NCBI GenBank assembly: GCA_041738165.1
Contig: JBGSQJ010000340.1
Coordinates: forward strand, 1-34,887
Reading direction: 5' to 3'
Origin: Bdellovibrionales bacterium
GTDB lineage: Bacteria; Bdellovibrionota; Bdellovibrionia; Bdellovibrionales; UBA1609
DNA length: 34,887 bases
The notes under the pieces were generated by a model that made no database searches, had not been told where the DNA came from, and was given only the letters and a program-made list of their open reading frames with translations. Shown piece by piece: positions 26,201-34,122 of the stretch. Every line of letters begins with the position of its first letter. The stretch's first letter is position 1. The translations under genes and the position numbers were made by a program.

Positions 26201-26332
26201 TGTTTCGAAGCCTTTTCGAACTGAGCACGGGTTAGACTTTCAATTTCTCTTGTCGCACACTACGACCACGAGGCTGTGTCAAACTGGGCTATTGCGCAAC
26301 AAACTAAAACGGAATTTTGCACCATTTTATAT

Positions 26333-26361
26333 TTGACAGGGTTTTTGTGAAGATTTGTAAA
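26333..26361 (+). promoter_or_regulatory. Candidate sigma70-type promoter (TTGACA-17 nt-TGTAAA) facing the HNH gene
   Basis: A perfect -35 hexamer at 26333..26338 is followed by a 17-nt spacer and a 4/6 match to TATAAT at 26356..26361. It lies inside a 348-nt non-coding stretch. This is a pattern match only. Confidence 0.25.
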
Positions 26362-26548
26362 CAGAAGTGCTGTTTAGAGCTTGCCGACGGCTTGGCATTT
26401 AAACTCATCCTGTGCCCTTTGAGACTGCTTTTTCTTTTGAAATACTCCCGAGCGTGCGCTCATTTTTCATTCTTCATTAAGGCTCGTTCAATCAGAAAAA
26501 ACGCCGCCTAAAATCCTAGTGTATATTCCCTCAGTATCGGAGGCACAG

Positions 26549-27439
26549 ATGACCAATCGAGAACTTGCACGTGAACTTGGCAAACTCGTAAGTGAAGAGC
26601 GAAGAATCACTCACGAAATTCTAAAGCTCATCAACAGCGCATTTGAGCGACGCGCCTATTTGGAGCATGGCTTTTCAAGTATGTTCGAATGGCTGGTAAG
26701 TGGTTTTGGTTATTCTCACTCGGCGGCTTTTAGACGAATCGAAGCCGCGCGCCTTATAAAATCTGTGCCGGATGCAGCAGAAAAACTTCAAAGTGGCGAG
26801 TTGAATCTCTCGACTTTAAGCAAGGCCCAATTCGCAATTCGCGCCCAAGAGAAATCCACGGGCCAAAAAATTCCCTAGAAAATCAAGATTGAAATCATCG
26901 GCAAAATTGAAAACAAGTCCGCTCGAGAAGCCGAGCAGGTTTTATGCTCAGTCCTACCTGAGTTCGGCTCGACCACTTTTCGGGAGCGCCGCACAGTCGT
27001 CAACGAAACCACAACCCGTCACTCGCTGAACTTCTCTAAAGACATGAGTGCGGATCTAAAACGTGCCAAAGAACTTTTGTGTGTGGGATTCGCGCTTAAG
27101 TTTCTGCTCGATAAATCAGATCCGTTGAGAATACCCAAAGCCACCGAAACTCATAATGAGAGTTCCGCCAGTAAAACCACTTCCGCAGCGGCATCGAAGA
27201 GCGTCATAAAACGAAAACTTCTCCAATCGACAAATGGCAGCTGCGTATTTAAAGATCCGCTTACGGGTCGAACTTGCGGCAGTCGCCATCAAATTGAGAT
27301 CGATCATATTATTCCAAAAGCGCTTGGCGGAAGTGACGAGCTAGAAAATCTGAGGCCACTTTGTCGGCAACACAACTTGCATTTGGCCGAACGAGTTTTT
27401 GGTAAATCCCATATGGATCGATTTCATCGGAGAAACTGA
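26549..27439 (+). pseudogene. HNH endonuclease (DUF222-like N-terminal region plus HNH nuclease motif) interrupted by one in-frame TAG at 26876..26878
   Basis: GGAGG lies 5 nt upstream of ATG 26549. ORFs 26519..26878 and 27044..27439 share a frame, and I translated the whole gap with no other stop: ...STGQKIP*KIKIEIIGKIENKSAREAEQVLCSVLPEFGSTTFRERRTVVNETTTRHSLNFSKDMSADLK.... The HNH motif is HQIEIDHIIPKALGGSDELENLRPLCRQHN. Confidence 0.75.
27178..27206. repeat. Copy 1 of a perfect 29-bp direct repeat (CACTTCCGCAGCGGCATCGAAGAGCGTCA), inside the HNH gene
   Basis: I read both copies base by base from the sequence. This one is identical to 27478..27506, which begins exactly 300 bp downstream. Confidence 0.95.
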
Positions 27440-27477
27440 TGATCTGGATGCGGAGATGCCAACCCAAAGAGAAAACT

Positions 27478-27506
27478 CACTTCCGCAGCGGCATCGAAGA
27501 GCGTCA
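27478..27506. repeat. Copy 2 of the 29-bp direct repeat, just after the HNH stop and overlapping the stop codon of the convergent metallopeptidase gene
   Basis: Identical to 27178..27206. Identity breaks at 27177/27477 on the left and 27207/27507 on the right. Confidence 0.95.
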
Positions 27507-28244
27507 CAGCTCAATCGCCGACGTTGAAACCAACAAAGTTCGCAAGCGAATTTCATTCTTCTTGAGCCAACTTTTCTCAAGTTTATAAGTCGGCATATGA
27601 AGTTCCACCAAAGACCAAAACTCCTTTGAGTGATTGAAGTGCACCAGATGAGCCAGTTCGTGCACCAAAACATAATCCAAAACAGATGGCGGAGTGAGAA
27701 TCAGCTTCCAGTTGAAATTGACGTTTCCGCTCTCAGAGCAGCTGCCCCAACGCGTAGCTTGATCTCGAATAGAGAAACGCTTGGGCGCAAGGCCCATCTG
27801 CTGAGACCAAAAGTTCAAGCGCTCACCAATCTGAGCCTTGGCGCGCCGACGAAAATGCCTAACCAGAGCCGAACGGCGCTCTTCTTTAGAGGTTGTCAAA
27901 GGGCACTTGATCACTACATTTTCGGCAAGTTCAGACACTTTCACCGCTTGGCCCCAAGTCCACAAGATCTCAATGGTCTTGCTCAGACCTTCGACCTCTA
28001 GCTGCTCTCCGCTTAACAGCTCAAGACTTGGGTACTTGGTTTTTTGTTCATTCAGTTCGGCTTCACGCTTTTGAATGAACTCTTCAGACTCCAGAACAAA
28101 TCTTTGAATCGAGCGAAGACCCAAAGTCCGATTACAAGTGACGCGAATGACCCCTTGCCAATCGAGATAAAGGTGCATGTGCCGTTGGCGGTAGCGCCTG
28201 CGGACTTCGACTTGTCTATGGGCTATTTGCATGATCTCCGGCAT
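27504..28244 (-). CDS. YgjP-like (DUF45 / M48-family) zinc metallopeptidase
   Basis: HELAHLVHFNHSKEFW is an HExxH motif in the YgjP context. The N-terminus QVEVRRRYRQRHMHLYLDWQGVIRV is typical of the family. Confidence 0.8.
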   Translation of the reverse strand: MPEIMQIAHRQVEVRRRYRQRHMHLYLDWQGVIRVTCNRTLGLRSIQRFVLESEEFIQKREAELNEQKTKYPSLELLSGEQLEVEGLSKTIEILWTWGQAVKVSELAENVVIKCPLTTSKEERRSALVRHFRRRAKAQIGERLNFWSQQMGLAPKRFSIRDQATRWGSCSESGNVNFNWKLILTPPSVLDYVLVHELAHLVHFNHSKEFWSLVELHMPTYKLEKSWLKKNEIRLRTLLVSTSAIEL

Positions 28245-28257
28245 GAACTGTGATTAT

Positions 28258-29247
28258 ATGACGAAAATGAATCAACTCCCAAGTGATCTTAGCCCTGAGC
28301 AATTCTACAAACTGACCCCTGATTTTGTGATTCAGGCCGTCGAAAGCAGCGGCTTCTTTGTGACCGGCGAATACCTGCAGCTCAACTCGTACGAAAACCG
28401 CGTGTATCGCCTCAGCCTCGAAAATCCGCTCGGTGAACAAGTCATTGCCAAATTCTACAGGCCTGGGCGCTGGTCCAAGGACGCGATTCAAGAAGAACAT
28501 GATTTTCTTGATGAATTGAACCAGCTCGGCATACACGCAGTCGCCCCGCTCAGGCAGAAAAACGGCAAGACCATTTCTGAACACGCCGGCATATATTGCG
28601 CCCTATTTAAAAAATTCGTGGGCCGAATGCCTCAAGAACTCAGCCTGTCAGACTTAAGCAAACTCGGCCGCCTGATCGCACAAGTGCACAATGTCGGGGC
28701 AGCAAAAAAAAGCAAATATCGGCCCATTATCGACGGCGAGCATATGGGGCGCGCCGCCTTGAACGTGGTTTCGCCGCGGCTTCCCAGCTCGATCAAAGAG
28801 CGTTATCTGAATGCCGCCGACGAAATTTTAGACTGGCTCGAGAGCGATTTAGATGTGAGTCGATTTCAGCGCATTCATGGCGATTGTCATCGCGGCAACG
28901 TTTTGATGCTCGATCAGGCCGGCAAGCCCCCAGAATTTTTCTTGGTGGATTTTGATGATTTTGGGATGGGCCCCGTTGTGCAGGATTTTTGGATGCTCTT
29001 TCGACATGACGAAGATGACATCGACGACGAAGTTTCTGCGTTTCTATCTGGCTACACGGAGCTTCGAGACTTCGACGAAGATCAGCTGGAATTGATGGGT
29101 CCCTTAAGAGGCTTAAGAATCCTTCACTACGCTGCCTGGATCGCTAAGCGCTGGAACGACCCGAGTTTTCCACAGATATTTCCACACTTCGACACCGAGG
29201 CCTATTGGTTCGATGAACTCAAGGCCCTTGAGAGCACACTGTCATAG
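28258..29247 (+). CDS. srkA: Stress-response Ser/Thr kinase SrkA (YihE/RdoA family)
   Basis: The protein is collinear with E. coli SrkA: LNSYENRVYRL, KFYRPGRWS, HGDCHRGNVL, LVDFDDFGMGPVVQDFWML and AWIAKRWNDPSFPQIFP. The start is uncertain (28231, 28243, 28258 or 28267). I chose 28258 because the two earlier starts lie within the divergent YgjP-like gene, which begins at 28244. Confidence 0.88.
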   Translation: MTKMNQLPSDLSPEQFYKLTPDFVIQAVESSGFFVTGEYLQLNSYENRVYRLSLENPLGEQVIAKFYRPGRWSKDAIQEEHDFLDELNQLGIHAVAPLRQKNGKTISEHAGIYCALFKKFVGRMPQELSLSDLSKLGRLIAQVHNVGAAKKSKYRPIIDGEHMGRAALNVVSPRLPSSIKERYLNAADEILDWLESDLDVSRFQRIHGDCHRGNVLMLDQAGKPPEFFLVDFDDFGMGPVVQDFWMLFRHDEDDIDDEVSAFLSGYTELRDFDEDQLELMGPLRGLRILHYAAWIAKRWNDPSFPQIFPHFDTEAYWFDELKALESTLS

Positions 29248-29301
29248 GGATTTCTTGACTTGAGGCGCCAAAACCCGCGACAACAAAGGGTCTAGAGTTA
29301 T

Positions 29302-29397
29302 GGCCGGGTCCCACGCATTAGTGGCTCTTGCCAACCCCGCCAGGTCCGGAAGGAAGCAACGGTAACAAGAGCTCTAGGTGATGTGGGGTGCCCGGTC
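29302..29397 (+). ncRNA. ffs: Signal recognition particle RNA (small, 4.5S type)
   Basis: The conserved domain IV sequence CCAGGTCCGGAAGGAAGCAAC is at 29340..29360. It is closed by a long imperfect helix (GGCCGGGTCCCACGCATTAGTGGCTCTTG paired with CAAGAGCTCTAGGTGATGTGGGGTGCCCGGTC). It occupies the classic position immediately upstream of dnaX. The ends are approximate, within a few nt. Confidence 0.85.
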
Positions 29398-29441
29398 ACC
29401 CATTTAATGAGCGCGAAATTTTCAATCGCGAGGTGCATAAA

Positions 29442-31049
29442 GTGACGTATGAAGTGATCGCGCGCCGCTGGCGCCCCCAAGACCTTACCAAGTTGGTCGG
29501 GCAAGATCACATCCGCACGACTCTAACAAACGCGCTTAAGAACAATCGCTTACATCATGCTTTGCTTTTCACCGGCCCGCGCGGAACTGGTAAAACTTCG
29601 ACCGCTCGAATTGTCGCCAAAACTCTGCGCTGCCCAAACATCAAAGACTTCGCTCCGTGCAACCAGTGCCAAGAGTGCGAAGACATCATGGCTGGGCGCT
29701 CTGTCGATGTGATCGAAATTGATGGAGCCAGCCACAACGGGGTCGACGCCATTCGTGAACTTCGCGACGCGGTTCAGTTTTTGCCTTCGAGTGGAACCGC
29801 GAAAGTTTTTATTATCGATGAAGTGCACATGCTCTCAACCAGCGCGTTCAATGCACTTTTGAAAACGCTCGAAGAACCGCCGGCACATGTTTACTTTATA
29901 ATGGCCACGACCGAAGCACACAAAATCCCGAACACCATTTTGTCTCGTTGTCAGCGTTATGATTTTAGGCGCATCCCCACCCGGGTGATCGCCGCTCACT
30001 TGCAAAGCATTTGCGAAAAAGATCAGGTGCAGTTTGAACCAGAAGCCCTTTGGCTCGTAGCTCGGCAAGCCGATGGTTCGATGAGGGACGCTCAAAGTCT
30101 GCTCGATCAAGTGATCAATTTCACCAATGCAGATCTGAAATCTGTGGCCATTGGCGAGTCTTTAGGGCTGACCAGTCGCCCCACCTTGTTTTCGCTCTTT
30201 GAAGGTGTGGTGAGTGGGTCGGTCGAAAAAACTCTTCGCTCGCTTGAACAGTTGGCCGGAAACCAAACCGACCCAAAACTTTTGCTGCAAGACTTTATGG
30301 AACTTCTTCGTTGCAGCGTCATTTTGAAATCTTCGAACTCTAGATCTTTGGTGGATTTGCCCGACTCAGAACAAGAGGAACTTCTTAAAGTCACCCAAGA
30401 ACTCAAGACCGAAGATTTGCACCTGTTTTTTGATATGGCGCTAAAGGGCGCACAGGATTTAGCTAGGTCTGTGGACTCAGTGATGACTCTTGAAATGGTC
30501 ACTTTGAGAATGACGAGCGCTCCCCGGCTTTGGAGTCAGGCGGCACAAACGGCACAGAGCCAACCGATTGCACAGCCCAAGGTTGAAGAGCCTTCCTCGC
30601 AGCGCCCAACTGTAGCGCCCTCTTTTCAACCGCCCGACCCAAACGCCCCCAACGCGCAGAAATTTCGTGAACTGGTAGAAAAAGTCAAAGGCATGAATGG
30701 CCTTGTTGGAGCCCAGCTGGAAAACTGTGTCTTAACAAATCTTGAAAACAAACAGGTCACCTTGGGCGTGGCCAGCCAACACAAATTTCTTTTTGAAAAG
30801 CTCAACCAACCGGAATTTAAGAAAAAGGTTCTCAATTACATCACGAGCTTTTGGGGGCCGGGCTATTTGCTCAACCTAACCATGGTCGACTCCACGGCAA
30901 CCGAGTCGAGCCCGCAGAAACTCAAAGAACAAGACATGCGTGACGAAGAGTCATCGCTTCGAAGAGCGGTAGAGCGCCACCCTCTGGTACAAAAAGTGAA
31001 TTCAGAGTTCAATACAGAAATCCAATCCATCAAGGAGATGAAAACATGA
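29442..31049 (+). CDS. dnaX: DNA polymerase III subunit gamma/tau
   Basis: (V)TYEVIARRWRPQDL is a typical DnaX N-terminus. The Walker A motif is GPRGTGKTSTARI, the zinc module is CNQCQEC, and IIDEVHMLS is present. GTG 29442 (AGGTG upstream) or GTG 29433 is preferred. The ORF-track start at 29388 would overlap the SRP RNA. Confidence 0.92.
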   Translation: MTYEVIARRWRPQDLTKLVGQDHIRTTLTNALKNNRLHHALLFTGPRGTGKTSTARIVAKTLRCPNIKDFAPCNQCQECEDIMAGRSVDVIEIDGASHNGVDAIRELRDAVQFLPSSGTAKVFIIDEVHMLSTSAFNALLKTLEEPPAHVYFIMATTEAHKIPNTILSRCQRYDFRRIPTRVIAAHLQSICEKDQVQFEPEALWLVARQADGSMRDAQSLLDQVINFTNADLKSVAIGESLGLTSRPTLFSLFEGVVSGSVEKTLRSLEQLAGNQTDPKLLLQDFMELLRCSVILKSSNSRSLVDLPDSEQEELLKVTQELKTEDLHLFFDMALKGAQDLARSVDSVMTLEMVTLRMTSAPRLWSQAAQTAQSQPIAQPKVEEPSSQRPTVAPSFQPPDPNAPNAQKFRELVEKVKGMNGLVGAQLENCVLTNLENKQVTLGVASQHKFLFEKLNQPEFKKKVLNYITSFWGPGYLLNLTMVDSTATESSPQKLKEQDMRDEESSLRRAVERHPLVQKVNSEFNTEIQSIKEMKT

Positions 31050-31375
31050 AAGGATTTGGCGGCGGCGGCGGAATGCAGGCCCTAATGCGACAAGCCAATC
31101 AGATGCAAGCTCGAATCAAAAAGGCTCAAGAAGAGCTGGCGACTCAAGAGTTTGAAGTCAGCGCGGGCGGCGGAGCCATTTTGGTCAAAATCAAGGGCGA
31201 CTACCAGGTGGCGTCGGTTGAGATCCAACCCGACGTGTTCACCGCCGGTGACAAAGAAATGCTTCAAGATCTTGTCGTGAGCGCCATGAACGAGGCCTAC
31301 AAACTCGTTAAAACCACCTCCGACGAGCAAATGTCTAAGATCACCGGTGGCGTTTCAATGCCTGGAATGTTTTAA
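31046..31375 (+). CDS. ybaB: Nucleoid-associated protein YbaB/EbfC
   Basis: MQALMRQANQMQARIKKAQEEL...GGGAILVKIKGDYQV is typical of the family. There is an ATGA overlap with dnaX. Confidence 0.9.
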   Translation: MKGFGGGGGMQALMRQANQMQARIKKAQEELATQEFEVSAGGGAILVKIKGDYQVASVEIQPDVFTAGDKEMLQDLVVSAMNEAYKLVKTTSDEQMSKITGGVSMPGMF

Positions 31376-31389
31376 TAGTATTTAGAATT

Positions 31390-32004
31390 ATGATTCAAAA
31401 GACGCCGTCCCTTAATCAACTGGTGCATGAACTGAGTCGACTTCCGGGCATCGGCCCTAAAACGGCTCAGCGACTGGCCTACTTTGTCTTAAGAGCGCCT
31501 CACGAATATGCACAGAGTCTTCGAGACGCACTGAAAGGCGTGAAAGAGCGCATTCGTGAATGCGCCAGATGCTTTTCTTTTACCGAAGAAGACGATCGCA
31601 TCTGCCACTTTTGTAAAGACTCGATGAGGTCAGATGAAGTCCTTTGTGTTGTTGAAGACCCCTCAGACATTGAGCGCGTGGAGTCTTCTGGCGTGTTCAA
31701 AGGCCGCTATCATGTCTTGCATGGAGCCATTTCTCCGCTCGAAGGTGTTTCTCCAAGTGACCTTAAGATTCAAGCCCTGCTCGATCGCTTAAAGCCCGAA
31801 AACGGCGGCACCGTGCGGGAAGTCATTTTGGCCTTGGACGCTGATCTTGAAGGGGATACCACGGTTCTTTACTTGGCAAAGATTCTAAAAGACATGAGTA
31901 TAAAAACATCGCGCATAGCCCACGGCGTGCCCATTGGGGGCGATATTGACTATATCGACCATCGCACCTTAGGGCGAGCTATAGAGAATCGAGTGCAGGT
32001 TTAA
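31390..32004 (+). CDS. recR: Recombination protein RecR
   Basis: The helix-hairpin-helix motif LPGIGPKTAQRLAYF, the Cys4 zinc finger CARCFSFTEEDDRICHFC and the Toprim region LCVVEDPSD are present. Confidence 0.93.
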   Translation: MIQKTPSLNQLVHELSRLPGIGPKTAQRLAYFVLRAPHEYAQSLRDALKGVKERIRECARCFSFTEEDDRICHFCKDSMRSDEVLCVVEDPSDIERVESSGVFKGRYHVLHGAISPLEGVSPSDLKIQALLDRLKPENGGTVREVILALDADLEGDTTVLYLAKILKDMSIKTSRIAHGVPIGGDIDYIDHRTLGRAIENRVQV

Positions 32005-32005
32005 G

Positions 32006-32596
32006 ATGTCGTTTATCAACTACAACGCGAAAGAGATTCACTGCAAAATTGTTTACTATGGGCCCTCACTCGGCGGTAAAACCACGAATCTTCAATGGGT
32101 CTACAACAAAACCACCGATCCAGATAAATCTACGCTGCACAGCTTGCCCGGCGACGTAGAGCGCACCTTGTTTTTTGATTTTTTGCCTTTGAACTTAGGC
32201 GAAATTCGCGGCTTTAAAACTCGCTTTCACCTTTATACGGTGCCTGGGCAGGTCGTTTACGACGCTTCTCGAAAGCTGATTTTAAAGGGGCTAGACGGAG
32301 TGGTCTTTGTCGCGGATTCGCAAGCTGAGCGGATGGAAGAGAATCTTCAGTCTATGGAGAACTTGAAAAAGAATCTCGAACAACAAGGCTACGACATCAG
32401 CGACATCCCACTCGTGGTTCAATACAACAAGAGGGACCTTCCTAACGCGTTGGCCTTAAACGAAATGCGGGCCGCGCTCAACAAGTACAATTCTCCGGAT
32501 TTTGAAGGCACCGCCAGCGAAGGCAAGGGCGTATTTGAATCCCTGAGAACCGTTTCAAAATCCATCATCAACGTGTTAAAGGGCGGAGACTTGTGA
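32006..32596 (+). CDS. mglA: Ras-like small GTPase MglA
   Basis: The protein is near-collinear with Myxococcus MglA: MSFINY...KIVYYGPSLGGKTTN, LFFDFLPLNLGEIRGFKTRFHLYTVPGQVVYDASRKLILKG and QYNKRDLPNA. The ATG lies 1 nt after the recR TAA. Confidence 0.92.
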   Translation: MSFINYNAKEIHCKIVYYGPSLGGKTTNLQWVYNKTTDPDKSTLHSLPGDVERTLFFDFLPLNLGEIRGFKTRFHLYTVPGQVVYDASRKLILKGLDGVVFVADSQAERMEENLQSMENLKKNLEQQGYDISDIPLVVQYNKRDLPNALALNEMRAALNKYNSPDFEGTASEGKGVFESLRTVSKSIINVLKGGDL

Positions 32597-32627
32597 TAGA
32601 TCACCCCTTAGACGGGGGAGATGGTAT

Positions 32628-33602
32628 TTGGCCCAAACCAAACGCGAAAAAATCCTAAAGCTTAAAGAAGAGCGCCGGGCTCTCATTCTCAGCCATTACT
32701 ACGAAGATGGTGACATCCAAGACATTGCTGATTTTGTCGGAGACAGTTTGGCGCTCGCCGAACAGGGCGAAAAATCATCGGCTCCCGTTTTGGTATTGGC
32801 CGGAGTGCGCTTTATGGCTGAAAGTGCAAAAATACTTTCTCCAGAAAAGACCGTGCTCCTTCCCGATTTGAACGCGGGATGTTCTTTGGTCGATCAATCT
32901 CCTTATGAAGCTTATTTGAAATGGCGAATGGATCACCCCGATGCGATTTGCGTGAGCTACGTCAATAGCAGCGCCGAGGTCAAATCGATCACGGATGTTT
33001 GTTGCACCTCAAGCAATGCCGAGCGAATTATTCAAAGCATTCCTCAAGACCGGCGCATACTTTTTGGACCTGACCGAAATCTTGGTCGATATTTAAGTCA
33101 GAAGCTGGGCCGCGACATGATTCTTTGGCCAGGAGCATGTGAAGTCCACATTCTCTTTTCTGAGCGCAAACTTCATGAAATGAAACAGCAACATCCGGGC
33201 GCGCTGGTGCTCGCGCATCCTGAGTGCGATGAAACTGTCCTCAGGCACGCCGATGTCATCGGGGCGACCTCGAGACTTCTGCACGAAGTGGCCACTAATA
33301 AAAACCACACTCGCTTTATCGTGGCCACAGAGGTGGGAATTTTTCATCAGATGCAAAAAGCTCGGCCCGAGGCCACATTGATACAGGCCCCCACCAATTC
33401 AGGCTGCGCCTGCAACGAATGCCCCTATATGAAGCTCAACACGCTCGACAAAATCGCGATGTGTCTAACTGATATGCGTCCGCAAATTCAATTAACACCC
33501 TCACTGATCGAAAAAGCCCGCGCCAGCTTGACCAGAATGCTCGCGATCTCTCGAGGTGAGCCCGTGCACTGGCCAGAGCGTTTCTTACCCGCCTCATATT
33601 GA
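32628..33602 (+). CDS. nadA: Quinolinate synthase
   Basis: ILSHYYEDGDIQDIADFVGDSLALA, GVRFMAESAKIL and the Cys residues in CSLVDQ, CEVH and CNECPYMK are NadA-like. The only in-frame start is TTG 32628, with GGGGAG upstream. Confidence 0.88.
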   Translation: MAQTKREKILKLKEERRALILSHYYEDGDIQDIADFVGDSLALAEQGEKSSAPVLVLAGVRFMAESAKILSPEKTVLLPDLNAGCSLVDQSPYEAYLKWRMDHPDAICVSYVNSSAEVKSITDVCCTSSNAERIIQSIPQDRRILFGPDRNLGRYLSQKLGRDMILWPGACEVHILFSERKLHEMKQQHPGALVLAHPECDETVLRHADVIGATSRLLHEVATNKNHTRFIVATEVGIFHQMQKARPEATLIQAPTNSGCACNECPYMKLNTLDKIAMCLTDMRPQIQLTPSLIEKARASLTRMLAISRGEPVHWPERFLPASY

Positions 33603-33674
33603 GACTTCACAAATTCAATTAAACTTTAGTCTAGTCTCTCCGATGAGAACAGTAAGACTAAATGAGGATGTAAA

Positions 33675-34082
33675 ATGAAAGCTCAAAGAAAAGTCGACCG
33701 AAGAATCGCAGAACGCAAAGACATTGATTCCGTACATGTGGCTGAACTGACGTCGTTGTCGAGCTACTCAGTGATAGCCCGCGAAGCGGCGATTGTCGAC
33801 GCCTCAAGATCGGGATTCCTGATGCAAATACGTAGACCCGATTTGGTTAGCGATGAATATCGAGAAAATCTATCTATGGATAATTTGGTCGGCCATCAGG
33901 TCGTAATGTTTTTGCCGCAGATGAATTTAGATTTAGATGGCACTGTGATTCGGGCTCGCCACGTGGGCAAAGGGAACTTTGAAATTGCGCTCACATTTTC
34001 AGATGATGTGCCTGAATATTGGCGAGATTGTTTAGTCGATCTTTTGCCGGCACCTGGTGAAATGAACGAAGAGCCAGTTTAG
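33675..34082 (+). CDS. PilZ-domain (c-di-GMP-binding type) protein
   Basis: Both halves of the PilZ signature are present: RRIAER (RxxxR) near the N-terminus and DASRSG (DxSxxG) about 30 aa later. GAGGA lies upstream of the ATG. Confidence 0.7.
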   Translation: MKAQRKVDRRIAERKDIDSVHVAELTSLSSYSVIAREAAIVDASRSGFLMQIRRPDLVSDEYRENLSMDNLVGHQVVMFLPQMNLDLDGTVIRARHVGKGNFEIALTFSDDVPEYWRDCLVDLLPAPGEMNEEPV

Positions 34083-34122
34083 TATGGTTTTGTTCGAATA
34101 AATAAACGCCGAATTGACCGAA

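Noticed and set aside
26202-26222. A possible terminator hairpin after panD (TTCGAA-GCCTT-TTCGAA).
   Set aside because: The stem is only 6 bp and AT-rich, and no U-tract follows. That is too weak to call an intrinsic terminator.
26317-26511. A 64-aa ORF in the panD-HNH gap.
   Set aside because: It has a low-complexity Cys/Leu/Phe-rich composition, no ribosome-binding site and no recognisable similarity. I treat the region as non-coding.
18943-27439. Two otherwise intact genes carry in-frame stops (TAA at 19075 and TAG at 26876). Could this organism reassign or read through stop codons?
   Set aside because: In this window TAA, TAG and TGA each terminate conserved genes at the C-terminus expected from homologues. 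TAA ends trmJ, ribD, hppD and recR. TAG ends the SelO-like gene, hmgA, the PP2C and the 5'-nucleotidase. TGA ends xthA, ahpC, hldD and panB. Independent nonsense mutations or sequence errors are the simpler explanation.
29298-29510. The minus-strand 70-aa ORF at 29298..29510 and the ORF-track dnaX start at 29388.
   Set aside because: This region is the SRP RNA, with its conserved GGTCCGGAAGGAAGCA core and long closing helix. The DnaX homology begins only at (V)TYEVIARRWRP, so the start is GTG 29442 or 29433.
30819-30827. AAGAAAAAG in dnaX as a possible gamma-subunit frameshift site.
   Set aside because: It is not a canonical A-AAA-AAG heptamer in the zero frame. It also lies about 70 codons from the C-terminus, far beyond where gamma is truncated in E. 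coli.
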